Numbered from the stretch's first letter, positions 40,350-50,659 are shown. The stretch is 64,000 nt of DNA from Nitrospirales bacterium (GCA_965213715.1 OZ243914.1:322964-386963); one strand, 5' to 3'. Notes: generated from the letters alone by a model not told the origin. Made by a program: numbers and translations.

Positions 40350-42441
40350 TCAATCGCCGGATCGAATCAAGTCGAGAAATCCGGTTTCGTCAAGTAACGC
40401 AATTCCCAACCGTTTGGCTTCGTCCAGTTTCGACCCCGGAGCCTTTCCCACGACCACATACGCCGTGTGTTGACTGACGGCGGAGGTGACCCGACCACCA
40501 AGGGCTTCCACGCGTTGCGCGGCTTCCTGCCGGCTGACATTCTCCAGCCCGCCGGTGAACACAAAGCTTTTCCCTTCCAAGGGTCCGGCCTGTCCACTCT
40601 TTTCAGGGGAACCAGTCCGAACGTTCACCCCGAGCGTCTTCATGACATTGAGCACAGTCACGTTTCGCTCTTCTCCGAAGAAACTGACTACACTCTGTGC
40701 AATTTCCGGCCCGACATCGCGAATCTCCAGTAATTCCTCACGGGTCACAGTCAGAAGCCTATCCAACGAACCGAATTGCGAAGCCAAAATCTGCGCAACG
40801 TGATGGCCGACGTGATGAATGCCGAGCCCAAAAAGAAACCGGTCCAGTGAGGGAGTTTTACTGTGGTCAATAGCCGAAAATAATTGGGCGGCTGATTTCT
40901 CCGCAAATCCATCCAGGGTCAAGAGTTGCTCTTTGGTCAAGCTGTACAGGTCCGACAGATCTTTCACCAGGGCTTTATCAACCAATTGCGCCACGGTTTT
41001 CTCCCCCAGGCCTTCAATATTGAGGGCGCCTTTGGAGGCAAAATGTTGAATGCCTCCCTTCAACTGCGCAGAACAGACCGTTTGCCCCGTGCAATAATAA
41101 ACCGGACCTTCCTGCACCACGGCTGACCGACACACCGGACAGGCAAGAGGGACTGCAAACGGAGCCGCACGCTGTTCGCCGGGGAACGCAATTCGCTCGA
41201 CAATATCGGGGATCACGTCGCCTGCCCGCTCAACCTTGACGGTATCTCCGACCCGTACATCCTTACGCGCCACCTCTTCCACGTTATGCAACGTGGCCCG
41301 GCTGATCGTCACGCCGCCAACCTCCACCGGCGTCAATAACGCGATGGGGGTCAACGCGCCGGTCCTCCCCACCGACACCACGATGTCCTGCACGACCGTC
41401 AACTCCTTGCGCGGAGGGAATTTAAACGCGATGGCCCATCGCGGGCTCCTCGATTTTTCGCCGAGTTGTTCCTGGAAGTCCCGGGAATTGAGTTTCACGA
41501 CGATACCGTCGATTTCAAACGGCAAGTCTTCTCGCTTTTCCATCGTGCTGCGATGAAAGGCGATGACCTCCTCGACGTCGCGACAGACGCAACGCATCGC
41601 GGAACTCAGGAACGGGCAAGTTCCACGTGCCGAGTAAATCAACGGTCTCCCAATGCGTACGCGGCAAGGGCTCCGAAGAGACCATTAAGTCGTAACAGGT
41701 GAGTGCCAGGGGTCTGGAGGCGGTCATCTCGGCATCAAGTTGCCGGAGCGAACCGGAAGCGGCATTGCGGGGATTCGCAAACGTCTTTTCTCCGCGCTCG
41801 GTCAGTTGGCGATTGAGAGCCTGGAAATCGGGAAGGCGCAGATACACTTCTCCCCGGACCACGACTCGCTGCGGCACGTTCCCCTCAATGTTCAGACAGT
41901 GGAACCGGGAAAGAATCGAACGAAGATTGGGAGTGATCCATTCACCTGTTTGTCCGTCTCCCCTCGTGGCTCCGCCGGCAAACGTCCCGTTCTCATATAT
42001 AACGACGACCGATAACCCATCATATTTGGGCTCCGCCACGTATTCAACGCGATCGACGGCAAGTTCTTTTTTTACGCGTTTGTCAAACGCGTACACGTCA
42101 CCGGGAGCCAGGACCGAATCCAGACTCAACAACGGACGATCATGTGGCACCTTCGAAAACACCTCGAGATGGACGGCCTCTGCAGGCTTTAGCGTCGCCG
42201 ACCCGTGTCCAGAGAACCTGATATGAAAATGGGTGCCAACCCGTTGCGTGGGCGAATCCGGAGTGATCAGGTCGGGACGTTGCGCTTCCAAGTCCTGAAG
42301 GGCCTTGAAGAGTCCGTCGTATTCCGAATCCGAAATTTCCGGTTCACCGAGACCATAGTAGAGATCATTGTGCCGGCGAATCTGTTCGCGCAATTCGGCA
42401 ATACGAGCTTCAACGTCGAGCGGAGCGTCGAATGGGGACAT
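40350..42441 (-). CDS. ligA: NAD-dependent DNA ligase LigA, reading frame broken by an apparent 1-nt insertion near 41603
   Basis: The N-terminal ORF (track 41515-42630; true start MSPFDAPLDVEARIAELREQIRRHNDLYY at 42441) has EPKYDGLSV, RGDGQTGE, VRGEVY and NPRNAASGSLRQLD. The C-terminal ORF (40350-41642) has LPFEIDGIVVKLN, PRWAIAFKFP, the zinc finger CPVCRS..C..C, HhH and BRCT. The frames meet at ...WNLPVPE/(S)AMRCVCRDVEEVIAF. Confidence 0.85.
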
Positions 42442-42479
42442 GCCTGCACGCAACAGCCCCGGAGGTCCGGGGGCTGTAC

Positions 42480-44369
42480 CTATCCTTGAATGAATTGACC
42501 GGCAAAACTTCGGATTTCGTGCCCGTTCAGCACGTGAAAACGTCGCAACCGCGCGACGGTTTGCCCCGAAAACCGCGACAGGGAAATCGGGATGAGCCTG
42601 CGCTCGAACGTTCGGGCGATCTGTCTCCACCGGGCCAACGGCGGAACGGAACTCACAAGCGCGATATGTTTTTCACGGGAATGAAGGGCGGCACCGGCGA
42701 TAAGGCGCTCTTCCAACGTCCTCGCAAAATCAAGCCGGGGATCTTCCCAAATATCCGGAATCGGCCGTGGAGGAAACAGGAACAATGTGCCCCCGTATTG
42801 GGATTGCCCGATCCCAGGTCCGGTCATGTTTTCCAAAAATGGGGTGGCATAAAAACAGAGCGTGGATTCTTCGACGTGCTCCGCGTACCACGTGGCCTGC
42901 CATGAAAATTTTTTGGGGTCCGCCGGCACCTCGAAGATAAAGACCACAATTTCCACGGTTCCGCGGGATGGAGGAAGTTCTTTCACGTACAGATCGGCAA
43001 CTTTCCTCCGGGGATCCCAATGGCGCAAGGTTTCCCGCATGTCGATCCCATCGCGGATCGACGTCGTGAATTTATCCACCCGGGCCAGGTCTTCTCCCAG
43101 CAACGCCTTACTTTGTTCACGAACATGGGCCGTAAAGTTTTCGATGCGATTGTCTTCCGGCGGCCAGGAACATTGGCCCAAGGGATTCCAATGGTAGGCC
43201 CATTGACGTCGTCTGCGTGGCTCATACCGCGGCTTGAGCGACAACGTTCGCCATGCCGGCGGCGTACTCTTCAACCGATCCTTCGCGGCGGAGACAACGC
43301 CTTCCGAGGATTCGAGCAAGCCGAGGCCGACGGAAAACGGCGGCGATACCGCGCGTCGCGATTCATCAAGTTCATACTCGTAACTCTTGGCCGTTTCAAG
43401 CAAGGTCACCGCGAACTCGTCTCCGGCAAATTGTTTGGCTGCCAAGGCCAACGTATACAGGTCTGGCGTCAACCGGCATTCACCCAACGCCAGATTCCGC
43501 ACGTACTGGAGATACATCTGAAGTAACTGGGGCGTCACCCAATTGGACTCCTGTTGCAAATGCGCCGGTCGCGTGGCAAGCCAGCGCAGTCGGGTTTCGA
43601 GCAACAGTTCCTTGATTCCATCGACGGATAACCGGGCATCGGATCGGGCTTCAATCCGTCTCCGCTCGACCAGTTCGGTCAGAAAGGGCAATTCGCAAAG
43701 CAGGAAATACAACGTACGGGGTTCGACCGGATGCAACGCCGGACGACCTTCCACCCATTCAGGGACCTCATATGGCCACCGGTTTTGATACGCGTCGCGC
43801 AGCCACGGCCAGTCTTCGACGGCACACATACACAGAATAGAATGATAGTCCAATTCGAGTTCGTGCAATTTGAACGCCATCCATTTGATCCGTGACCACC
43901 GTTGGCTGTGCGGTTTGGGATACGGAAGAAAAGGCAAGGCGGCCGCGGAAAACGCGGCAAGAGAGACGCTCTTCAGCGCATACGGATCAGGGGCAGGATA
44001 TTCCGTTGGATCATACACGGTGACGTCCCGGTCGATATACGCCCGGTCGATCCCTTCCTCCATAGCCGTCCGAATCGTGGCAATGACGGGTTGGCAGGGA
44101 TCCAAGGGGATGTAACTGCAGACGGGACGTTCGTCACGATCCGGCTCCGGTATCACCACGACACTGACGACGGGCAAGTGCCTGACCCCTTCCTCAACCG
44201 GGTCCCCAACGGACGCCGGCAACGGCAGGGCCACACAATCAAATCGCTGCGTTAGCCACAAATCCCGGACGGCCCTGGCGACGTCGGCACTGCCGTGACA
44301 GACCGGCACCACATGCACGCGCGGCGAAAGGCGATAGACCGCGGCGTCCTGTTGCGACAAAGGATTCAT
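42480..44369 (-). CDS. 629-aa hypothetical protein, TraB/DUF5682-like N-terminus
   Basis: RVHVVPVCHGSADVARAVRDLWLTQRFDCVALPLPASV resembles the N-terminal signature of TraB/GumN and DUF5682 proteins (hVfpvRHhsP..A..v...i....PD.VlIE.P). I saw no MIDAS or P-loop. It lies 6 nt downstream of the AAA+ gene. Confidence 0.7.
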   Translation of the reverse strand: MNPLSQQDAAVYRLSPRVHVVPVCHGSADVARAVRDLWLTQRFDCVALPLPASVGDPVEEGVRHLPVVSVVVIPEPDRDERPVCSYIPLDPCQPVIATIRTAMEEGIDRAYIDRDVTVYDPTEYPAPDPYALKSVSLAAFSAAALPFLPYPKPHSQRWSRIKWMAFKLHELELDYHSILCMCAVEDWPWLRDAYQNRWPYEVPEWVEGRPALHPVEPRTLYFLLCELPFLTELVERRRIEARSDARLSVDGIKELLLETRLRWLATRPAHLQQESNWVTPQLLQMYLQYVRNLALGECRLTPDLYTLALAAKQFAGDEFAVTLLETAKSYEYELDESRRAVSPPFSVGLGLLESSEGVVSAAKDRLKSTPPAWRTLSLKPRYEPRRRRQWAYHWNPLGQCSWPPEDNRIENFTAHVREQSKALLGEDLARVDKFTTSIRDGIDMRETLRHWDPRRKVADLYVKELPPSRGTVEIVVFIFEVPADPKKFSWQATWYAEHVEESTLCFYATPFLENMTGPGIGQSQYGGTLFLFPPRPIPDIWEDPRLDFARTLEERLIAGAALHSREKHIALVSSVPPLARWRQIARTFERRLIPISLSRFSGQTVARLRRFHVLNGHEIRSFAGQFIQG

Positions 44370-44375
44370 GGACGT

Positions 44376-45335
44376 TTATCTGTCGGGATGCAGTGGATCA
44401 TCGGGTTCAAAAAAGAAATCGCCTAATCCGCGCGGAAGCGATTGGTCACCGACTGCTCGTTTTCGCCGTTGCGCCAAGGCATCCAAATCCAAGGCTTCTT
44501 CCCCAAGCACCTTGACGAGCGCCTCCCGCCACATTTCGTCCCGGGACAGGGGATGTGACGGATCCAGCGCCAACCGTTTGAGCGCATACTGCACCAGGTG
44601 AATGCCATCCCTCACTGAAAATCCCAGATCGAGTCGATGCGCCCTTTGCAGAAACTCGACGGTGACGTTCAGAATTTCCTGCGGAGAAAACGGTAAATGA
44701 TACTGGAGAATGGCCAACTCGTGCTCACGAGCCGGGAACTCGAGTTTCAAGCTAGGCTGGAGACGTGACAGGATGTAATCAGGCACTTCATAGGTGGAGG
44801 CATCTTCATTCATCGTCACGCAACACCGGAAATCCTGATGGGCCTTAACCTGAATGCCGGCCACCACGGATTCTACCGAGCGACGGTGATCGAGCAAGGG
44901 AGCGAGCGACGCCCAACTTTTCTCGTTCATCCGGTTGCCTTCATCCAGTAAACACACCCCACCGGTCAACATCGCGGTCACTAATGGAGACGCTTGATAC
45001 TGAATCGTGTTTCCTTCGGCGATCACCGGAGTCACCAATAAATCCTCGGGCCTCGTATCGGCCGTACATTGATAGACGTAGAAGTCCTGTTTTCGCTCAC
45101 GCGCTGCGGACGTCGCCAAGGTTGTCTTGCCGATACCGGGCTGACCGATGATCCGCGGACACAACGGAAGATCTTTTTCATCAACGATGAACCAGCACGC
45201 AAGAAGCTGCTGAAGGACTTCCCGGTCACCGATCCATTCCTGTTGAGACGCATCAGGCTGGGCCAAGCGCAGGGCAATCCCCTCGACTTCCATCCTGCCA
45301 TGCGATTCCGGCTGTTGTTTAGAGGTACTAGGCAT
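44376..45335 (-). CDS. AAA+ ATPase, MoxR/AAA_5-like
   Basis: The Walker A motif [13 protein letters not shown] and the Walker B motif [11 protein letters not shown] are present in a single AAA module of ~320 aa. Confidence 0.8.
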   Translation of the reverse strand: MPSTSKQQPESHGRMEVEGIALRLAQPDASQQEWIGDREVLQQLLACWFIVDEKDLPLCPRIIGQPGIGKTTLATSAARERKQDFYVYQCTADTRPEDLLVTPVIAEGNTIQYQASPLVTAMLTGGVCLLDEGNRMNEKSWASLAPLLDHRRSVESVVAGIQVKAHQDFRCCVTMNEDASTYEVPDYILSRLQPSLKLEFPAREHELAILQYHLPFSPQEILNVTVEFLQRAHRLDLGFSVRDGIHLVQYALKRLALDPSHPLSRDEMWREALVKVLGEEALDLDALAQRRKRAVGDQSLPRGLGDFFFEPDDPLHPDR

Positions 45336-45523
45336 GGGGTATCGTGTTTCTCAAAACGGAGGAGTACGACTCAACACACGCTAGCACAGGCATTTTCGAG
45401 GGTCAATAAACCGGCTTCCGGCTGAATTTGACATTCCTGCACGTCTCTCTCTATTCTCGAACAACAGGCTGTTCATCAATATCTGCCGATCTGTTTTCCG
45501 GACTGACGCTGAAAGACGTGCTG

Positions 45524-46015
45524 ATGATTCAAAAACCGCAGACCGTATCCCAATGCCAACCGGACTCCCCCCCTTACTCGGCCAGAAGGATGTTTTACCT
45601 AAGTCTTCTCTGTCTGCTGGGTGTCATTCTGCAATCCGGATGCGTCAGTTCTGAAAAACTCAAGGCGGAAAAAGTTCGAGGACTGAACTTCCAACGCTTG
45701 TTGGCACAAGAGGAAAAACGCAACGACGCATTGGATGCTCAATTGGCGCAAAAGGATAAGGAAATTGACGAACTCAATGCCCAGTTGAAAGAGACTACGG
45801 AGAAAATTGAGGCATTGGAATCGCAAAATCAAACGCTGACCGCCGAACTTGATACTCTGAGAAAGGATCCTCTTCCTTCGCAGGAGCAGAAGCCGGCTCA
45901 GGACTCCCCTACTCTTTCACAGGCCCCCAACACGACCAAAGACAGTCCGCCTTCCGAAGCATCGCTATCCGATCCCTTTATGAGCGATGAAGAATTACTG
46001 AAAATTCTTGAATAG
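45524..46015 (+). CDS. coiled-coil lipoprotein (paralogue 1)
   Basis: It has the lipobox ILQSGC. The coiled-coil segment EKLKAEKVRGLNFQRLLAQEEKRNDALDAQLAQKDKEIDELNAQLKETTEKIEALESQNQTL is followed by a P/S/Q-rich tail. The track ORF starts at 45428. Confidence 0.7.
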   Translation: MIQKPQTVSQCQPDSPPYSARRMFYLSLLCLLGVILQSGCVSSEKLKAEKVRGLNFQRLLAQEEKRNDALDAQLAQKDKEIDELNAQLKETTEKIEALESQNQTLTAELDTLRKDPLPSQEQKPAQDSPTLSQAPNTTKDSPPSEASLSDPFMSDEELLKILE

Positions 46016-46204
46016 GGCTGGCCGGGCAACAGAGCCCGGTCGTTCACCCCGTTTCACAAAGCCACTCGTCAGGATTGACATTTTCAGGCTCTCATTTTAT
46101 TCTATTCTTAGTACGGATGGTCCTCGTTGTTCTTCCAGCCCAACCATCGACAGTGATCTTTCCTCTCAAACCTACACGGATAAGACCAGAAAGAGAGCCT
46201 GACA

Positions 46205-46873
46205 ATGACCTTACACACTCAGCCCGCAGCACAGCACCCGCAAAACCTTGGCTCATGTTCAAAAAAATTCGCGCCTCGGTTTGGAATGCTTTGCCTGATG
46301 AGTGCCGTCTTGTTATCAGGCTGTGTCAGCACCGGTGAATACGAGGCTGAAAAAGCCAAAGCGCTCAACTTCCAACGTCTGTTGGCACAAGAGGAACAGC
46401 GGACGGACGAACTCGACGCCCGCTTGCAAGAAATGCAACAGGAAGTCTCGTCGTTGGGATCTCAAAACCGTGAGTTGGCCGCTGAGCGTGACGCCCTGCG
46501 CGAGCAAACCTCGCATCAGCAGTCACGCGTTCAAGACGGCAACGCATCCGGTTCTGCAAGCGACATGGAACTCTCTCCCGATACGTCTTTTTCCGACCCT
46601 GCACTATCTGAATTTGAGTTGAGTGATTTTTCGTTTGACGAATCAGAGTTCAACGACTTGGGCATGGAGAAAGCCGACGCCGGGCGTATGGATATGGAGC
46701 CATCCGATGCCACCGGCATGGGCACACCGACCTATTACACGGTGATAAAGGGAGATACCCTCTACCGGATCTCCCGCACGTATGACGTGACAGTCGAGCA
46801 ATTGAAAAAGTGGAACAACCTGACTGACAACATCATCGGCATCGGCCAACGATTGATCGTCAGCCAGCCGTAA
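46205..46873 (+). CDS. coiled-coil lipoprotein with C-terminal LysM domain (paralogue 2)
   Basis: It has the lipobox LLSGC. The segment EAEKAKALNFQRLLAQEEQRTDELDARLQEMQQE is shared with the upstream paralogue. The LysM segment is YYTVIKGDTLYRISRTYDVTVEQLKKWNNL....GQRLIV. Confidence 0.8.
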   Translation: MTLHTQPAAQHPQNLGSCSKKFAPRFGMLCLMSAVLLSGCVSTGEYEAEKAKALNFQRLLAQEEQRTDELDARLQEMQQEVSSLGSQNRELAAERDALREQTSHQQSRVQDGNASGSASDMELSPDTSFSDPALSEFELSDFSFDESEFNDLGMEKADAGRMDMEPSDATGMGTPTYYTVIKGDTLYRISRTYDVTVEQLKKWNNLTDNIIGIGQRLIVSQP

Positions 46874-46958
46874 ACCGTTGCCTGTCCCACGACCCCTCTT
46901 TCAACGTTCTCTCCCTCCCCTTCTCCCCTTTTTCTCGAACAAAGGAAGGATCTCGTCG

Positions 46959-47912
46959 TTAACCGGCCAACGAAGTGGAGCGTTCTTGAGCTGAGAACAG
47001 GGACCCCTTGGTGCTGGAATGTTCAAACCGCAACCCATTCACTGAAATGTTCCAATGCCAGTATTCTCCATTTCGGCTTGAAGACATCTCTACGTCGATA
47101 CGGTTGCCGCGGTCCACGGAAACGGGACGGTCAATGGGGAAAAAGGCCAGCCCCCAATGCGAGGATTTATCCTGGGGACCATTGGAGAGAGAAAGCCCGG
47201 GACTCAATTCGGCATTGAACCAACCCGCCAGTCCGTGAAGCCAACCCTGCCGCCTGGCATGAACGGTGAAGCCTGCCTTGATTTCCGTCTGAGTCGTTTC
47301 CCCGAATTCAATTGTCTGTACCCGCAGAGGATCACCCAAAAACGTTCCTTCGTGCAGTTTCAACGGATGAAAGTTATTCACGGTCAAATGACGAACGGGT
47401 GAGAAGTCGAATCCCTGACACCGGTTCACCCAAAAATCAACCACGTGTTCGTAAAACTGGGGCAATTCAACGGGAACGAGGAACAGGTCTACGCCGTGGG
47501 GGATAAGGGTTCCACCTCTTTTCAGGAAACGCTCCCGGGCATCGGTCAGGGATCCGAGAATCCCTTCTTCAAACCCAAACGTGCCCATCGTCTCCGTCAC
47601 GATGACGTCTGCCGGTTCAGGCAACTCCACGTTGAAAGACGAGGCATTGTAAAACGTGATCCGATCCTGAAATCCGTTTTTCGCCGCCACCAGTTCGGCC
47701 ATATTGATGACGGGTTCACTCTCAATGGCATGCACGTGGCGGGCACCGGCGCGGCATGCGAAAAACGAGAGAATACCCGATCCGCAGCCCACGTCCACCA
47801 CCACGTCGCCCGGTTTAACAAACCGGGAAATCGCTTGACTGTAGGCATCCGTCCGCGTCTGATCAACCAACATCGACAGGTGATAATTGATGAAATCGGT
47901 GTATTTCGTCAT
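46959..47912 (-). CDS. protein arginine N-methyltransferase (PRMT)-like class I SAM methyltransferase
   Basis: Motif I is VVDVGCGSGILSFFACRAGARHVHAIE. A double-E-loop-like VTETMGTFGFEEG and LKRGGTLIP are present. A THW-loop-like SSHWGLAFFPI lies in a C-terminal beta-barrel-length domain. Confidence 0.75.
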   Translation of the reverse strand: MTKYTDFINYHLSMLVDQTRTDAYSQAISRFVKPGDVVVDVGCGSGILSFFACRAGARHVHAIESEPVINMAELVAAKNGFQDRITFYNASSFNVELPEPADVIVTETMGTFGFEEGILGSLTDARERFLKRGGTLIPHGVDLFLVPVELPQFYEHVVDFWVNRCQGFDFSPVRHLTVNNFHPLKLHEGTFLGDPLRVQTIEFGETTQTEIKAGFTVHARRQGWLHGLAGWFNAELSPGLSLSNGPQDKSSHWGLAFFPIDRPVSVDRGNRIDVEMSSSRNGEYWHWNISVNGLRFEHSSTKGSLFSAQERSTSLAG

Positions 47913-48077
47913 GACGGCTCTTCCCTGCGCCTTCTTCCCGGCTCAACGTGGTCGCGTCGGCTTCCACGTTCCAGGAGAGAAGGCTCATACTAGAGCATGG
48001 TAGACTGCCGGGCAAGACCCTGGCATCATCAAACCCAAACGGCGAAACACCGGAATTTTTTGGATTATCGAGAGAAC

Positions 48078-49631
48078 ATGCAGACCACCTCACAGTCCTG
48101 GCGGCATTCCCTGCAGTCGTTCGGACATCCGCGGATCATCACGATGCTGTTTCTCGGCTTCTCGGCCGGGCTTCCTCTCCTCTTGATTTTTTCCTCGCTC
48201 TCATTGTGGCTGCGTGAAGCCGGAGTCGAACGGGCAACCGTGACCTTCTTCAGTTGGGCCGCCTTGGGCTACTCGTTCAAGTTCGTCTGGGCCCCGCTCG
48301 TGGACAGGCTTCCCATCCCGCTCCTGACTTCGACGTTGGGACGGCGACGCGGCTGGATGCTACTCGCACAGGGATCCATTATTGCGGCGATTGTCTTCAT
48401 GGCCTTTACCGATCCTGCCGGAGGACACTTGAGCATGATGGCATTGGCCGCTGTACTGCTGGGTTTTTCATCAGCCACACAGGACATCGTCATCGACGCG
48501 TATCGCATTGAATCCGCGGACGTCTCGCTTCAAGCCCTGATGTCCTCTACCTATATTGCGGGATATCGCATCGGGATGCTGGTATCGGGAGCCGGAGCCT
48601 TGTTCCTCGCCAGTGCATTCGGCTCCGCGAAAGGCGCCTATGACTATCAAGCATGGCAATCGGCGTATCTCATCATGGCCGCGGCCATGACGACAGGCGT
48701 CGTCACGACGCTCGTCGTTTCCGAACCGCCACTTCATGAACGGCCTGCCCCCTCCAATTCAACTGGAGAGTATACGCGGGTCCTGTTCATGTTCATCGCG
48801 GCCATTACCGGATTCATCATGATGTTTTACTATTCAGCCGGAACCGCAGCGAGACTCAACCACATCCTGACGGGCATACTCGGCGCCGAAGCCGCCGCGA
48901 GGTTCGTGATCGAAACCGTACGACTGGGCGCGGGCGTGGCAACGGCATGGCTGATCACCATACTTCTGATCCGTGCCGGAATCGTGAACCGGGACATGGT
49001 GCAGGATACGTACATCGCCCCGCTGAAAGATTTTTTCAAACGATACGGGCTGAAATCCGCTTTACTGCTTCTGGTACTGGTCGGGGTTTACAGAATTTCC
49101 GACATTGTGTTGGGTGTTATCGCCAACGTGTTTTACCAGGACATGGGATTCACCAAAACGGAAATTGCCGGCGTGGTCAAAACCTTCGGACTCTTCATGA
49201 CCATTGCCGGCGGATTTCTGGGCGGTCTGCTGTCCGTCCGATACGGCGTACTTCGCATTCTCCTGTGCGGAGCCGTGTTGTCCGCCGTCACCAATCTCCT
49301 GTTTATTGCGTTGGCCGCAGTGGGCCACAACCTGAGCATGCTCTACGTGGTGATTTCCGTCGATAATCTGTCAGCGGGACTGGCCAGCACCGCCTTTGTT
49401 GCCTTTCTCTCCAGCCTCACCAATATCCGCTTTACGGCCATGCAATATGCCATGTTCAGCTCGCTCATGACCTTATTCCCTAAAGTCCTGGGCGGTTACT
49501 CCGGCACCATCGTAGACAGCCTGGGGTATTCATCCTTCTTCATGCTTACCACCTTACTGGGATTGCCCGTACTCGCCCTCATCCGGCAAGCACGAAAGTG
49601 TCTGGATACGTCAGAAACGAGCCGGCAATAG
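48078..49631 (+). CDS. ampG: AmpG-family muropeptide MFS permease
   Basis: The segment ITMLFLGFSAGLPLLLIFSSLSLWLREAGV..TFFSW..LGYSFKFVWAPLVDR is typical of AmpG. The track ORF starts at 47997, and the MQTTSQ start is at 48078. Confidence 0.88.
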   Translation: MQTTSQSWRHSLQSFGHPRIITMLFLGFSAGLPLLLIFSSLSLWLREAGVERATVTFFSWAALGYSFKFVWAPLVDRLPIPLLTSTLGRRRGWMLLAQGSIIAAIVFMAFTDPAGGHLSMMALAAVLLGFSSATQDIVIDAYRIESADVSLQALMSSTYIAGYRIGMLVSGAGALFLASAFGSAKGAYDYQAWQSAYLIMAAAMTTGVVTTLVVSEPPLHERPAPSNSTGEYTRVLFMFIAAITGFIMMFYYSAGTAARLNHILTGILGAEAAARFVIETVRLGAGVATAWLITILLIRAGIVNRDMVQDTYIAPLKDFFKRYGLKSALLLLVLVGVYRISDIVLGVIANVFYQDMGFTKTEIAGVVKTFGLFMTIAGGFLGGLLSVRYGVLRILLCGAVLSAVTNLLFIALAAVGHNLSMLYVVISVDNLSAGLASTAFVAFLSSLTNIRFTAMQYAMFSSLMTLFPKVLGGYSGTIVDSLGYSSFFMLTTLLGLPVLALIRQARKCLDTSETSRQ

Positions 49632-49637
49632 ACGGGG

Positions 49638-50438
49638 CTACTCTTCCTCGGAAACGAAATTGACAAGCGTCCCGATGCGTTCGATTTCAATGGCAACGCT
49701 GTCGCCCTTCTTCAGAAAGACCTGTGGATTTCTCGCAAGCCCCACGCCTTGCGGGGTACCCGTCAGGATGACCGTCCCCGGCAACAATGTCGTCCCTTCA
49801 CTCAAGAAGCTGATCAGAGACGGCACGTCAAAAATCATGTCCGCGGTGCTGGAATCCTGTATCACCTCGTCATTGAGCGTGGTTTTGATCCTGAGGGTAT
49901 TGGGATCCGGGATGTCGTCGGTGGTGACCAGGCAGGGACCGAGCGGGCAGAACGTATCAAATGACTTTCCCCGGCACCACTGCTTGCCTCCCCCCTCTTT
50001 TTGCCAGCGCCTCGCGCTGACGTCGTTGGCGCACATGTACCCCAGCACGTGGTCGAGGGCCCGGTGCCGTTCAATGTTCTTTCCGGGCTTTCCGATGACC
50101 ACGGCCAATTCCCCCTCGCAATCGACCTGCTCCGGGGCAACCCTGGGAATGATGATCAGGTTGCCGGGATGAGCCAGCGCACTCACCGCCTTGATGAACA
50201 GCACGGGATGTTCAGGAATTTTCGCGCCCATTTCTTCCGCGTGCCGTCTGTAGTTCAACCCCACACACAGAATCGTCCGAGGATCAACCGGAGCGAGGAG
50301 CGTTCTCATGGCAACGACCTGGTCGGTGACCCGGTACGTCTCAAAAAGCGTGCCTTCGATGAGCCGGGCCGACCGTTCGTCCACCCACTCGCCATGACGG
50401 ATGACGCCTGCCTTGTCTTGAAAACGGATTATTTTCAT
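49638..50438 (-). CDS. fumarylacetoacetate hydrolase (FAH) family protein
   Basis: The segments ILCVGLNYRRHAEE, PVLFIKAVSAL, DCEGELAVVIGK and GTPQGVG are present. Confidence 0.88.
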   Translation of the reverse strand: MKIIRFQDKAGVIRHGEWVDERSARLIEGTLFETYRVTDQVVAMRTLLAPVDPRTILCVGLNYRRHAEEMGAKIPEHPVLFIKAVSALAHPGNLIIIPRVAPEQVDCEGELAVVIGKPGKNIERHRALDHVLGYMCANDVSARRWQKEGGGKQWCRGKSFDTFCPLGPCLVTTDDIPDPNTLRIKTTLNDEVIQDSSTADMIFDVPSLISFLSEGTTLLPGTVILTGTPQGVGLARNPQVFLKKGDSVAIEIERIGTLVNFVSEEE

Positions 50439-50659
50439 GAGACGTTCACGTGGATGGCATCACCGGAATTTTCGCTGCGTTGCTCCAATCGGCCCGTTTC
50501 CGGCCCGATTGTCTTCATTACACAAGAAGTATATCATACTCATCAAGGCAATGTTCCGACAGACGTTCACGTTGCCCGTGAAGACCATGGACGCCAATCA
50601 CATTGCCGTCAGTCCTTTTTAAGGAAGACCCAAAACCCATCACACCAGGAGGTTGAATA

